Shown here: positions 28,282 to 37,870 of the stretch, one piece after another
Layout: each line of letters starts with the position of its first letter
Numbering within the stretch: the first letter of the stretch is position 1
Assembly: GCA_023249105.1 (NCBI GenBank)
Contig: JAHFDG010000015.1
Span: 1-64,000, forward strand
Length of the DNA stretch: 64,000 bases
Direction: 5' to 3'
From: Candidatus Methanoperedens sp.
GTDB taxonomy: Archaea > Halobacteriota > Methanosarcinia > Methanosarcinales > Methanoperedenaceae
Notes under the pieces: generated by a model
Seen by the model: only the letters and a program-made list of their open reading frames with translations
The model's database searches: none
What the model was told of the DNA's origin: nothing
Made by a program: the position numbers and the translations under genes

Positions 28282-29583
28282 CTAAGCTTCGATATTTGCA
28301 AGATTTTTCGACTTCTCCTCATAGCTCTGCGCCAGGCGACTGATTTCATTTAATCTCTGGATTTTATCCTTTTCAAAAGTGAACAGGGTTGTAAGTGAAA
28401 CAAGGTTTCTTTTTGTTAAGGATACACCGAGATGGCACTCATTAAGTGTTGAATTTTTCACCATGAATTCTTCAATTCCCCTCGTATTTATTCTTATTTC
28501 GGATTTCTTGAGGTAATGAGGAGGCGCTCTTATTAGAGCGAGATTTTTTTCACATTCGTTTAAATTTATGTTAGCTAAAGACTGCTTTTTAGCAGCCAAT
28601 CTGGCTAGCATGAGGGTGTCAATTTTTTTATTTTTGTTTAATGGAATTATATAATTCAGAAGATCACAGGTTATTGAACAGGCCCTTCCAATCGTAGCAA
28701 AACCTGGTTCCCTTCCCTTGCCTTTATGGTCAAACGATAATGCCGTTACAACGTCGTTCATATCTATAACAGGAGGATTTAATTCTGGATATTGCTTTGG
28801 GTCAATTCTTTCCAAAATTAGCCCAGATATCAGATCGGCTATGCATGTCGCAATATAATCATTATAGCTCAGATACATACTTTCCATATTTGATTCAAAA
28901 GAAATGCGCTGGTTATCTACTATGATGAACCCGCTAACAACATCTTTTAATCGCATTATCCCGTAATTTGCATTCCATGCCTGTCTATCGCTGGATTCAT
29001 CTTCTGTTTGATTTGATTTGACTATATTTCTCCGTGTGGCAGGAAGGACACCAACAGCGATAATGTTAACTTTATTATTCGTATATTCTTTCAAAGCCTT
29101 GGCTATGATAGGGCTAATACCGCAACCTGTTCCACCACCCAGACCGAAAAATAAAAATGCGAAAGGAATATCGGATTTTTCATTAGTTTCTTCGGTTTCA
29201 GCATCAACAGCTTTTCTATGCGTCTTGCTTTTAAATCTTTCATCAAACATATCCAGAATGGACTGGTAACGCTGCTCCAGAACATCATTAGCACGTACCG
29301 GGTTCTTTCCAAACCCACCCACTACTTTTTCTTCAAATCCCTGCGTTTTTCCAGAAACTAGACCATGCGTTTGAGATATGCCATACCAGTTATTTCTATC
29401 CGGTATATTTTTTATATTATGAAGGTCTTTGGCTGTTGAATTGATTAAAATCGGGTCAGCTATAAGATTCATGTATTTGTACTTGAACAGCGAATCGACA
29501 ATCGCACCACCTGCCTGACCAGAGCCGATCATTAAATAAGCCATAAGGATACCACAAATCTCATTGATACCTGAAATTAACAA
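28282..29583 (-). CDS. Second divergent tubulin/FtsZ-superfamily GTPase
   Basis: T1 MIGSGQAGGAIV. T4 FGLGGGTGCGISP. IIVDNQRI (DNEAL-like). T7-like PPVIDMNDV. The true start is probably at MAYLMIGSG (about 29544) rather than the first in-frame Met. Confidence 0.7.
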   Translation of the reverse strand: MLISGINEICGILMAYLMIGSGQAGGAIVDSLFKYKYMNLIADPILINSTAKDLHNIKNIPDRNNWYGISQTHGLVSGKTQGFEEKVVGGFGKNPVRANDVLEQRYQSILDMFDERFKSKTHRKAVDAETEETNEKSDIPFAFLFFGLGGGTGCGISPIIAKALKEYTNNKVNIIAVGVLPATRRNIVKSNQTEDESSDRQAWNANYGIMRLKDVVSGFIIVDNQRISFESNMESMYLSYNDYIATCIADLISGLILERIDPKQYPELNPPVIDMNDVVTALSFDHKGKGREPGFATIGRACSITCDLLNYIIPLNKNKKIDTLMLARLAAKKQSLANINLNECEKNLALIRAPPHYLKKSEIRINTRGIEEFMVKNSTLNECHLGVSLTKRNLVSLTTLFTFEKDKIQRLNEISRLAQSYEEKSKNLANIEA

Positions 29584-29640
29584 TAGTAATCTATTTATAT
29601 CTTTTCATTGATTGATGTATCGGGTATGCATGTGCGACAG
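29546..29640. promoter_or_regulatory. Divergent AT-rich promoter region between the tubulin-like cluster (minus) and the 29612 gene (plus); TATA-like ATTTATAT
   Basis: Short AT-rich intergenic stretch with a TATA-like octamer near 29565. Confidence 0.3.
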
Positions 29641-30607
29641 GTATCATAAGACATTATTAAGTCTATTATTAGCATTAATTAGCTTGACAATTCTTGCAAA
29701 TGGGGCAACGGATTGCAGTTTGGACACAAAAGAATATGTCAAAAAAGTTAACGAGCTCAATTATCCAGAAATGTATGGCGATTACCCTGAACTCAAAACT
29801 ATTCAGAGCCAAACTGTTTCATCGTTGCAAGGGCGACCTTGTTTAGATAAAGAAACAAAAAATTACGTAGATATAATTGTAAAAATTATTAACACATACA
29901 ACGAACTGTATTCGTTATCTGAATCCAATATTCCAGAAAATCATGAAAGTGCTATAACTAAAGCGGAATTAATCAAGCCAGATATTGAAAGTTTGGAGAT
30001 TTATAAAGAATCGAGAGAAAAATATTATCCCTTACTAATAAAAATTTCTCTAAGAAAGTTTTATAAAAATGAGGCAGAATATTTTGAAAATAGAGTAAAA
30101 AATGAGCGAAATACAAACAACAAAATCAAATTTAGCTTAAATGAAGCAAGGGCATATAAAAATATAGGGGACCCTAAATATGCAGAAATAAGTTATCGTG
30201 CTGAAGCAGAAAAAGCAGCGTATGATTACGACATCAATCTAATTAAAGAAGCAATTCAAAATTCCAATGATTTTTTAAATTATGCAGATAGCAACGTTAA
30301 AGGATTCTTTACTTCTATCGAATTGTTCGGGAAGGGGTTCAAACTGGAAGAAAGCATTATCTATGCAAACAAATTATCCATTCATCACGAAGAAGATCAA
30401 CTCAAGAATCTGGGAGACGAGCTAACAGGGAAAATTCAAATAATAAAAAAGGAAGCTGCTGCTTCAATAATTAAATATATATTAATTATAAGTGTAATTT
30501 ATTTAATAGTTTCATTATATTTTTCCGGGTCAATAACGCGATGGAAAAAAGAAATAGATAATGTTGATTTAGGGAATGATTTGTTGGAGGGATTAACGCT
30601 TGAATAA
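29612..30607 (+). CDS. Secreted protein with C-terminal TM anchor
   Basis: Signal peptide LLSLLLALISLTILANG and a C-terminal hydrophobic helix. The true start is likely a few codons downstream of 29612. Confidence 0.45.
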   Translation: MMYRVCMCDRYHKTLLSLLLALISLTILANGATDCSLDTKEYVKKVNELNYPEMYGDYPELKTIQSQTVSSLQGRPCLDKETKNYVDIIVKIINTYNELYSLSESNIPENHESAITKAELIKPDIESLEIYKESREKYYPLLIKISLRKFYKNEAEYFENRVKNERNTNNKIKFSLNEARAYKNIGDPKYAEISYRAEAEKAAYDYDINLIKEAIQNSNDFLNYADSNVKGFFTSIELFGKGFKLEESIIYANKLSIHHEEDQLKNLGDELTGKIQIIKKEAAASIIKYILIISVIYLIVSLYFSGSITRWKKEIDNVDLGNDLLEGLTLE

Positions 30608-32654
30608 AATAAATAATTACCGGCAACTTATAATATTATTCTTTTTTAGTATACTTTTTATATCTCCGTCATGTGCAGCGCCTGTTTTAAGACTTAGTAA
30701 TGATCAAACTGTAAATAAAAATTTTGATAACCGTTTTGGTCCGGATTCTGCATATTCCGATTCCAGAACATTTTATATTTACAATGACGGCAATACTTCT
30801 ATGACCATTTCTAGTGTAACTGTTGATGGCCCAGGATACGGGATTACTATGAGTATTTATTCCTCCCCAAATTCGATTTCGGCAGGAGGTTCTGGCGCAA
30901 TAACAGTTTCATTTAACGTTCCGTCTAGCGTTTCTACAGGAACATATACCGGGGTTATTAATGTAAATACGGTGTCAGGTGGGAGTGGAACAATGAAACT
31001 AGTCTTAGTTGTTACTACAAAAATACCTGCTGAACTAGGTAGTATTGGAAGTCGCTCTGTTACAATTAAATTTGATAAACCAAAAGGATCTGTACCCAGT
31101 TTTCAAGGTAACGAAAGCATTACATTAAGAAACATTGGCGATTCGATATTATACATTGATAGTATATATGTATCTAATCCGAATAGTGACATAACACTTT
31201 CTATTTCAGGTTATCAGACACCGATTTCTCCAAAAGATAGTACAATGGCGACTCTTGTAATCACAGCCCAACCCAGTGCGCGCGAGGGAACGTTTAATGG
31301 ACAAATTACAGTTACTACCTCAAAGGAGGGTAGATATAGTGGAAAATATGGCACCCCAAAAACCGATAATGTGGAGGTTAGAGTAACTATTGAACATGGA
31401 ATAAACATGGAAATAACAAAATCATCAATAAATTTTGGAGATACGGAGTTATTAAAACAAAAAGAAGACTATATTGATATTAGCGAGACACTTGGATACA
31501 AGTCAATAAAAGACATTAAAATAACAAAATCAGGCCCTAACAAATGGCTCAGCGTTAGTCCTAATAGTCTGAGTAGCATAAATGCCTTCGGTTCAGAGAG
31601 AATTTCTGCTAAGCTACTTTATGAAGGGGATGCAGAACCTTATATAAATCATGAATGGATGTACACTATTTCTACTATTAACGCGGGTTCAAAAAGCTTT
31701 AAAGTAAGTTCAAAAATGATATTTGACCCCATTGTTCCTGAAAAAATCTGTAGTTCAAAATATAAGAGCATTGATGATACTAAAGAAATTGCTGAAAAGA
31801 TGTGCAGTGCATTGGGGTATGGTATTAATACTGCTGCAAAAACTTTTAAAATTAGTGAATTAATTTTATTATTTTCCATTGGGAGTTCTACTATAGATTT
31901 GTTAGATTCCTATATAATAGCTGAAGATTCTATAAATAAAGAGGAGCATGATACTGCCTATGAAAATCTTATTAAAGGGGTTGTATCAGCAAAAATAATT
32001 AATACCTATGCTGAAAAAATTTCTGATTATAACGTAAAACTTGATGTAAACTTTGTGAACGAGAAATCCAGTAATCTAATGAACAGCCTCTTGGAAAAAG
32101 AAACGAACTATTATGAATCGAAAAAAGATTCTGATTCACTTGATTCACTTCAATCAATGATTGCTTATGAAAGATTAAGCGAAATGTGGGGAGTTCTTGG
32201 TAATGACGAAAAACAAGTACATTATGATACTCTGGCAAAAGAAAAGTTTAAAGAACATAATAATTATGTTGATTCTGCAAAAGATAGCAGGCTTGAGGCA
32301 GAAAATCTGCTTAAAGAAACACAAAATAATTATCTTTCAAAATGGGGGGGGATGTATCTTTTGATTAATCCTTTTTATTACAGTACAGTCTCTCGCGAGC
32401 ATAATTCTATTGTTTCAAAATACGAGGAAGCAACTCAAAATTATGGGTTGGCAGGAGAAAAAGCAATTGCTGATAAAACAAAAGAACGTCTAAATGATAT
32501 AGAATCATTATTTAATAAAATCTATTCAATATTTTTTGTATTTACTGGGTTCTATACATTAGCATTTCTTGGAGTTTTATCACGAAGTACAAAGGCTATG
32601 ACGGCTTTTGTCAGAGATACTTCAGAAACCCGTATGGGGGATGATTTTCTGTGA
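30600..32654 (+). CDS. Secreted protein with CARDB/Ig-like repeats and helical C-terminal region, C-terminal TM
   Basis: Signal peptide. YIYNDGNTSMTISSVTVDG and ITLRNIGDSILYIDSIYVSN are CARDB-like. C-terminal hydrophobic helix. Confidence 0.5.
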   Translation: MNKINNYRQLIILFFFSILFISPSCAAPVLRLSNDQTVNKNFDNRFGPDSAYSDSRTFYIYNDGNTSMTISSVTVDGPGYGITMSIYSSPNSISAGGSGAITVSFNVPSSVSTGTYTGVINVNTVSGGSGTMKLVLVVTTKIPAELGSIGSRSVTIKFDKPKGSVPSFQGNESITLRNIGDSILYIDSIYVSNPNSDITLSISGYQTPISPKDSTMATLVITAQPSAREGTFNGQITVTTSKEGRYSGKYGTPKTDNVEVRVTIEHGINMEITKSSINFGDTELLKQKEDYIDISETLGYKSIKDIKITKSGPNKWLSVSPNSLSSINAFGSERISAKLLYEGDAEPYINHEWMYTISTINAGSKSFKVSSKMIFDPIVPEKICSSKYKSIDDTKEIAEKMCSALGYGINTAAKTFKISELILLFSIGSSTIDLLDSYIIAEDSINKEEHDTAYENLIKGVVSAKIINTYAEKISDYNVKLDVNFVNEKSSNLMNSLLEKETNYYESKKDSDSLDSLQSMIAYERLSEMWGVLGNDEKQVHYDTLAKEKFKEHNNYVDSAKDSRLEAENLLKETQNNYLSKWGGMYLLINPFYYSTVSREHNSIVSKYEEATQNYGLAGEKAIADKTKERLNDIESLFNKIYSIFFVFTGFYTLAFLGVLSRSTKAMTAFVRDTSETRMGDDFL

Positions 32655-32799
32655 TTTTTAGTTCGTGGTACCAATTCATCTCCACCTTAAAATGGCGGAG
32701 GGACGAACTAAACCTCACTTTTTTCGTTTCCATAAATTTTGTTCACAAAATATGTTAACTCTTTTACTTCTTCACTCTTTACTTGTACTTTTTTATCAT

Positions 32800-33042
32800 T
32801 CAATCACTATGCAATAAGTAGAACCCTGCGCCCCATATTAGCATTATAAGTGAACTCAGGATAGTATAGCCCAATATAGTGTCTGAAATATTAAATGGCA
32901 ATTTTGTCGCAAGCTGACCTGCAAAGTCTATAAATATATTATAAACTTGGGGTAGAAAATCTTTTCCTATAGCAGATAGGCCGACGGCTCCAATCATACT
33001 AAAAAATGCTCCGAAAGCATGGGAAAGTGCATGTTTTTTCAT
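32800..33042 (-). CDS. Small membrane protein
   Basis: 80 aa with two hydrophobic helices. Confidence 0.3.
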   Translation of the reverse strand: MKKHALSHAFGAFFSMIGAVGLSAIGKDFLPQVYNIFIDFAGQLATKLPFNISDTILGYTILSSLIMLIWGAGFYLLHSD

Positions 33043-33203
33043 GTTACCTCCTATTTTCTCATAACCTCTTTATCCTTTATCTTTGTTATGTCATATAATT
33101 ATCCGGCATATTTTATCTCAGCGCTCTTTTGATTCGCCAAACTTGCGCGCATTCGATGCATTATCATTCATCTGATTACCGAAGTTCGGACAGAATTTGG
33201 ACA

Positions 33204-34298
33204 TCAAAATTCACCTTTTTTTGTTCCTTCCATTAATTTCTTTGCAAGATACCTAACATCCCTTGATTTCTCTATTTTTATCTGCTTTGCAGCAGGGCCG
33301 TCTCCTGTCTTTAAAGATGCAAAGTTAGCCTTAATTTCTTCCTTTCCCCCGATTTCTTCAATCTCAGGTTCAATGTAGCATAATAGATGTTCAATAGCTT
33401 TAGAAGCTGTTATTTCCTCGCTTTCTTTGGAATACCGGTTACAATGGTATGAACACGTCTCTCCCTCTTTTAAATAATCAACATTTGTATCCACCCTGAA
33501 GCGAGCGCCAAGACCATTAATGACTGCCTGCAATCGATTGTACTCAATTATGCTATTATTGACTTTAGGGGGCGTAACATTCTTAGCGCTCATCTTTTTT
33601 GCTTTCAATCCTATAGCTTCAAGAAGTATGGCAATCCCCAGTGAATATGGTACAGATATCAGCGTATCAAAAAGCCTGACTTCTACGGTGGGGAGATTGT
33701 TCTCCGTGAAAGGCGTGACATCCCAGTAGCGTATATTTCCGCCAAGTTTATCTTCTATTGGTTTGGGGTTGACTTTCCAAGATTCAAAAGAATCCACACT
33801 AACTCTTGGGGGCACTTTAATATGTTTGCTTCTGAACACCCTTGTGCTCATGAAACCTGTTTCATGACCTTCATAATAAGGAGAGTTCACAGTTAAAGCC
33901 ATCAACTCAGGTATGAAGTTCCTGAGCAGATTGGTCACTCTGACTTTTTCACCTGCATCCTTTACTCCAATGTGGTGATGCTCCCCAAAATTCTCATTAC
34001 TCCTGCTTGAACTTATTGGATTTACCCCCGTTGCGATAAGTCCAACTCCGCATCCTTCTGCGGTCTCGTAAGCCTTGGCTCTAAGGTTAGGCAGCCCCTT
34101 TTTTATCTGTTCAAAGTCGTCGGATATGCCGGTCACTATTTCAAGCTGCGTATCGTAGTGGTCTCGCGTGATGGTACTGCCCCAGGAACCTTTCAGGTTA
34201 TTGAGCATGACATCAACTTTACCAACAAGCTTGCCTGTATCAGGGTCAACCACCTGGATTTCCTGCTCGATGCCGTGAGTGAAGCTTGCCTGTTTCAT
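33204..34298 (-). CDS. Glutamate-cysteine-ligase family 2 (GCS2) / YbdK-type carboxylate-amine ligase
   Basis: N-terminal FTHGIEQEIQVVD and further GCS2-like blocks. Its start overlaps the stop of the upstream surface-protein gene by 4 bp. Confidence 0.7.
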   Translation of the reverse strand: MKQASFTHGIEQEIQVVDPDTGKLVGKVDVMLNNLKGSWGSTITRDHYDTQLEIVTGISDDFEQIKKGLPNLRAKAYETAEGCGVGLIATGVNPISSSRSNENFGEHHHIGVKDAGEKVRVTNLLRNFIPELMALTVNSPYYEGHETGFMSTRVFRSKHIKVPPRVSVDSFESWKVNPKPIEDKLGGNIRYWDVTPFTENNLPTVEVRLFDTLISVPYSLGIAILLEAIGLKAKKMSAKNVTPPKVNNSIIEYNRLQAVINGLGARFRVDTNVDYLKEGETCSYHCNRYSKESEEITASKAIEHLLCYIEPEIEEIGGKEEIKANFASLKTGDGPAAKQIKIEKSRDVRYLAKKLMEGTKKGEF

Positions 34299-34480
34299 TT
34301 CTTTTTCACCTTCTTTGCTGTGTCATATTTTGTTTCTACGAGGGTCTTCTGACCGCAGTGGGGGCATGTCGTTACTCCGCCTGTGAACTTGTGGCAGTTA
34401 GGACACCAATCCGTAGGTGTCATTGCCATCTCACGCTTGAGCTTGGCGCGTTTATAATAGGGTCTTATGAAAATAGCACC
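34295..34480 (-). repeat. Copy 1 of ~170-bp nucleotide-level repeat encoding the TM-proximal zinc-ribbon tail
   Basis: Shares stretches such as ttgccgcaatgcggacaa / ggcaccaatc with the other copies. Confidence 0.5.
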
Positions 34481-35392
34481 AAGAATCAGTGATAACATAA
34501 TCCCTGCAAAAACGATTCTTGTATCAATTATATTTTCTACATTTTTTGGTAAAATTGTGAATACAATTTCTTTACCCCATCTACTTTCTTTACTATCTGA
34601 GTATATTGCTTTAACATTCAAACTATGTTTTCCAGCATTCAATGGCTTATCTATTGTGTAACTATTTCCAACAATTTCCCTTTCGATTCCATCTATTCTA
34701 ATAATATACTTGATTGCCCCCTCAAAATTTGACCATCTTAAGGTTGGAGTTGTTTCCTCTATCGTTCCTTCTTTGGGATATTCAATAATTGGAACAATAG
34801 CAGAGTAAACGATATTCCTATTTCCATTAATCTCCACTTTCCAATCAGCAGAGTCGATTAGTTTTTTATTGGAAAAAGGGGCACTATCAGTCTTCCTACC
34901 TTTTAAATCGAAAATTTGAGAATTTACTTTAATATATTCACCGTCTGAAGAAAAACTAACACTGTTTCCTTCGACTTGATTCATCCATAAGAATTTACCC
35001 TTATTATCAAATAAATAGAGACTATTATAAGAAACTCTTGTATTTTTAGCTGTATCCCATTTAGAATCAACTATCACAGCACCAACATACCTGCCATTTA
35101 CTGAGATATCAATGTCTTTTATTCCCTCGGGGGCTTTTTCTTTCCAGAGAAGCATCCCAGTGTTGTTTAAAAATCGGATATAATTATTTGTAATAAAAAC
35201 AACTGAACCATCCTCTGAGGAAACTGTCTTTAAAACATCTTCATCAGACGAGTAGCTCCAAACGTATTGGAAGTTTTCTTTAGCAGATGCAACCATCAAG
35301 ATAGAATAAATGAAAGCTATGCCAACAACTATCAAAAACGCTTTGCGCACATAATTTTGATTCTTCTTAGTATAATTAATCATGTTATTCAT
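34295..35392 (-). CDS. Surface protein paralog: signal peptide, PQQ-like beta-propeller repeats, FN3/Ig-like domain, TM, cytoplasmic zinc-ribbon tail
   Basis: C-terminal RPYYKRAKLKREMAMTPTDWCPNCHKFTGGVTTCPHCGQKTLV is shared with five upstream paralogs. Confidence 0.65.
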   Translation of the reverse strand: MNNMINYTKKNQNYVRKAFLIVVGIAFIYSILMVASAKENFQYVWSYSSDEDVLKTVSSEDGSVVFITNNYIRFLNNTGMLLWKEKAPEGIKDIDISVNGRYVGAVIVDSKWDTAKNTRVSYNSLYLFDNKGKFLWMNQVEGNSVSFSSDGEYIKVNSQIFDLKGRKTDSAPFSNKKLIDSADWKVEINGNRNIVYSAIVPIIEYPKEGTIEETTPTLRWSNFEGAIKYIIRIDGIEREIVGNSYTIDKPLNAGKHSLNVKAIYSDSKESRWGKEIVFTILPKNVENIIDTRIVFAGIMLSLILGAIFIRPYYKRAKLKREMAMTPTDWCPNCHKFTGGVTTCPHCGQKTLVETKYDTAKKVKKK

Positions 35393-35575
35393 TTTTTCTT
35401 AGCCTTTTTTGATATCTCATATGTTTGAGTAACTAACGTCTCTTTGCCGCAATGCGGACAAACCTTTGCGCTACCTGTAAACTTATGGCAGTGCGGGCAC
35501 CAATCAGTGGGTGTTTGAGCCATTTCTCGTTTTAGTTTCGCCCGTTTATAATAAGGTATTGCAAATATTATAGCC
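35389..35575 (-). repeat. Copy 2 of zinc-ribbon-tail repeat
   Basis: Conserved with the other copies at DNA and protein level. Confidence 0.5.
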
Positions 35576-37689
35576 AATAGAACAAACACAATTATTGCAA
35601 CCGTCTGAAAAGTTATATTTACTGGATTCTCTGATACCTTAGGAACTGTAATGGTTCTATTTTTTGTCCATGGTCCCTGATATCCATCTGAATATGCAGC
35701 TCTAACACGCCAAGTATGATTGCCTTCGCTCAATTCAGGCGTGCTGAATTTAACACCGGTAGTTTCGTACGTTTTGTTATCAATTTGAATTATATATTTA
35801 TCTGCACCTACGTCACCCCATTCCAAATCGATGGAGCTTGACTCAGCAACCGCACTATCCGGAGGTGATTTTATGGGCAAACCAATTGCATATAAAAAAA
35901 CATTCGTTATATCGGAAAGTACAATTTTATCTCCTTTTGTAGAAATACCAACTTTTCGTATTGGTTGTTTAAAATCATTTTCCCATAACAATTTCCCTTG
36001 CTTATCCAACAGGTAAGCTTTGCCTTCATCTTTATCTTGTGATACCGAGCCTGAACCTGCCAGTATGTAATTGCCATCCATAGACATTACAATATGATAG
36101 ATATCATCTTTTGTTTTATAAGTCCATAGCATCTTTCCATTTTTATCAAGTGCTTTTATACTCGCACCAATTATAGCATTCCGGCTACTTAATCCAGCCA
36201 CAATCATATCAGTATTTTGAGATATAGCAACCGTATAAACCTCATATCCCGAAAAATCATAATTCCATAATTCATTGCCAGTTTTATCATAAAAATGTAC
36301 TAAATCTGATCCTATGCCAGCTACTACATAATTCCCATCCTTGGAGTTGATGACGGACTCGTGGGGTTCTTCAAGCGATGCAACGAGTTCTCCCTCATAA
36401 TAAATCAATTTATTTTCAAAATCATCAATTTTCTTTTCATATATTAACTCTGGAGAAACCGCATTGTGTCCTGACGAAGCAGTTGAAGTTTGCACAGGAG
36501 TATCGAGTTCGCGAGGGATACCCCTGAAATCATCAAGATAAATAACGAAATTTCCGGATGAATCTTTACCTGTGTAACTAAGCGAAAAAGAGAACAGTAC
36601 TGGTTCATCCACATCCAACTTACCATTAGTGTCCTTTTTAGACCAATCCTGCCATTTAAAATCCGAAAACATAAGAGTCGTCTTGACCCAGCCACTCGTT
36701 CTAAGGGATCTCGTTGCAGCTCTGTACGCGGCACCTTCACCGTTTTGCTCTATGATTGTTACGCTAAATTGCCAATTTCTTTTAGGTTCTGGAACATAAG
36801 ACCAGAAACTAATCCCTTTATATTTAGAAAAATCGATATCTTCTGTCTCGGTAGAAAACGAATGATAGTCTCTGAGCGTATTAAATTCAGATTTTATTTC
36901 CAGTGATGAATAACCTTCTTTAACAAAATTACTATCATGATTGGGTGTGATATCTAACTTATCTCCCGATTTTACCCCAAGTTTCCATTTTTCAGTCAGT
37001 TCTTTCGTTTCAAAACCTTCTATTAGAGATGCCGATGCATCTACCGAACTAACTGGTGTTTGTACCACACCTACACTTTCTTGAGCAATCCCTCGCAGAT
37101 CATCAAGATAAATAATGAAATCGCCCGATGAATCTTTACCAGAGTAAGTAAGTGAAAACCATATTGATACAGGTTTGTCTAAATCTAAATGACCATTATC
37201 ATCCTTTTTAGACCAATCCTGCCACTCAAAATCTGAAAACAAAAAAGTTGTTTTAACCCATCCATCCTGATCCAAGGATTTAGTTGCCCTGTATCCAGCG
37301 CCCTCACCATTTTGTTCTTTGATAGTCACTTTGAGTTTCCAATCTTTTTTTGCATCTGGGACATAAGACCAAAAACTAATCCCTTTAAATTTTGACAAAT
37401 CCATATCCAATGTTTTAATATAAAATGCATGATACTCTTCCAGTGCATTAAATTTTGATTTTAGTTCTAGCGAATATTTACCTTCTTTAACAAAATTAGA
37501 GTTTGTTGCTATACTTATATTCCCTGCGTTTGTCCAGTAGTCCCAGTTTTCAATTGATTCAAAGCCGTCTATTAAAGGGTTTGAAGTGTCTTCCTCTGCT
37601 GCAATGGATTTAGGTATGGCAGTTGTTATCAAAAGCAATGAAAAAATTAATACAGCGATTCCGTGTGATTTTCCCATTTTAATTTTCAT
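35389..37689 (-). CDS. Surface protein paralog with two N-terminal CBM-like domains, PQQ-like propeller, FN3-like domain, TM, zinc-ribbon tail
   Basis: Duplicated ~170-aa unit (DGFE..W.....FVKEG..SLE.KS.FN.L..YH....T.D.D.SK.KGISFWSYVP....W...VTI.EQNGEGA.YRA...WVKTT..FSDF.WQDWSKKD). Zinc-ribbon tail PYYKRAKLKREMAQTPTDWCPHCHKFTGSAKVCPHCGKETLV. Confidence 0.65.
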   Translation of the reverse strand: MKIKMGKSHGIAVLIFSLLLITTAIPKSIAAEEDTSNPLIDGFESIENWDYWTNAGNISIATNSNFVKEGKYSLELKSKFNALEEYHAFYIKTLDMDLSKFKGISFWSYVPDAKKDWKLKVTIKEQNGEGAGYRATKSLDQDGWVKTTFLFSDFEWQDWSKKDDNGHLDLDKPVSIWFSLTYSGKDSSGDFIIYLDDLRGIAQESVGVVQTPVSSVDASASLIEGFETKELTEKWKLGVKSGDKLDITPNHDSNFVKEGYSSLEIKSEFNTLRDYHSFSTETEDIDFSKYKGISFWSYVPEPKRNWQFSVTIIEQNGEGAAYRAATRSLRTSGWVKTTLMFSDFKWQDWSKKDTNGKLDVDEPVLFSFSLSYTGKDSSGNFVIYLDDFRGIPRELDTPVQTSTASSGHNAVSPELIYEKKIDDFENKLIYYEGELVASLEEPHESVINSKDGNYVVAGIGSDLVHFYDKTGNELWNYDFSGYEVYTVAISQNTDMIVAGLSSRNAIIGASIKALDKNGKMLWTYKTKDDIYHIVMSMDGNYILAGSGSVSQDKDEGKAYLLDKQGKLLWENDFKQPIRKVGISTKGDKIVLSDITNVFLYAIGLPIKSPPDSAVAESSSIDLEWGDVGADKYIIQIDNKTYETTGVKFSTPELSEGNHTWRVRAAYSDGYQGPWTKNRTITVPKVSENPVNITFQTVAIIVFVLLAIIFAIPYYKRAKLKREMAQTPTDWCPHCHKFTGSAKVCPHCGKETLVTQTYEISKKAKKK

Positions 37690-37870
37690 TTCTTCTTCGC
37701 CTTCTTTGATATATCATAACCTGCACTTACCAGGGTTTCTTTGCCGCAATGAGGACAAGTTTTTGCTCCGCCTGTAAATTTATGGCAATTCGGACACCAG
37801 TCGGTTGGTGTCATTGCCATTTCTCGTTTGAGCTTGGCGCGCTTGTAGTAAGGTCTTACGAAAATTGCTG
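37686..37870 (-). repeat. Copy 3 of zinc-ribbon-tail repeat
   Basis: Conserved with the other copies at DNA and protein level. Confidence 0.5.

Noticed and set aside
28282-29583. N-terminal 13 residues of tubulin-like B (MLISGINEICGIL) as annotated by the ORF track
   Set aside because: FtsZ/tubulin proteins begin a few residues before the T1 loop. The internal Met at MAYLMIGSG is the more plausible start, and the upstream extension would eat into the divergent promoter.
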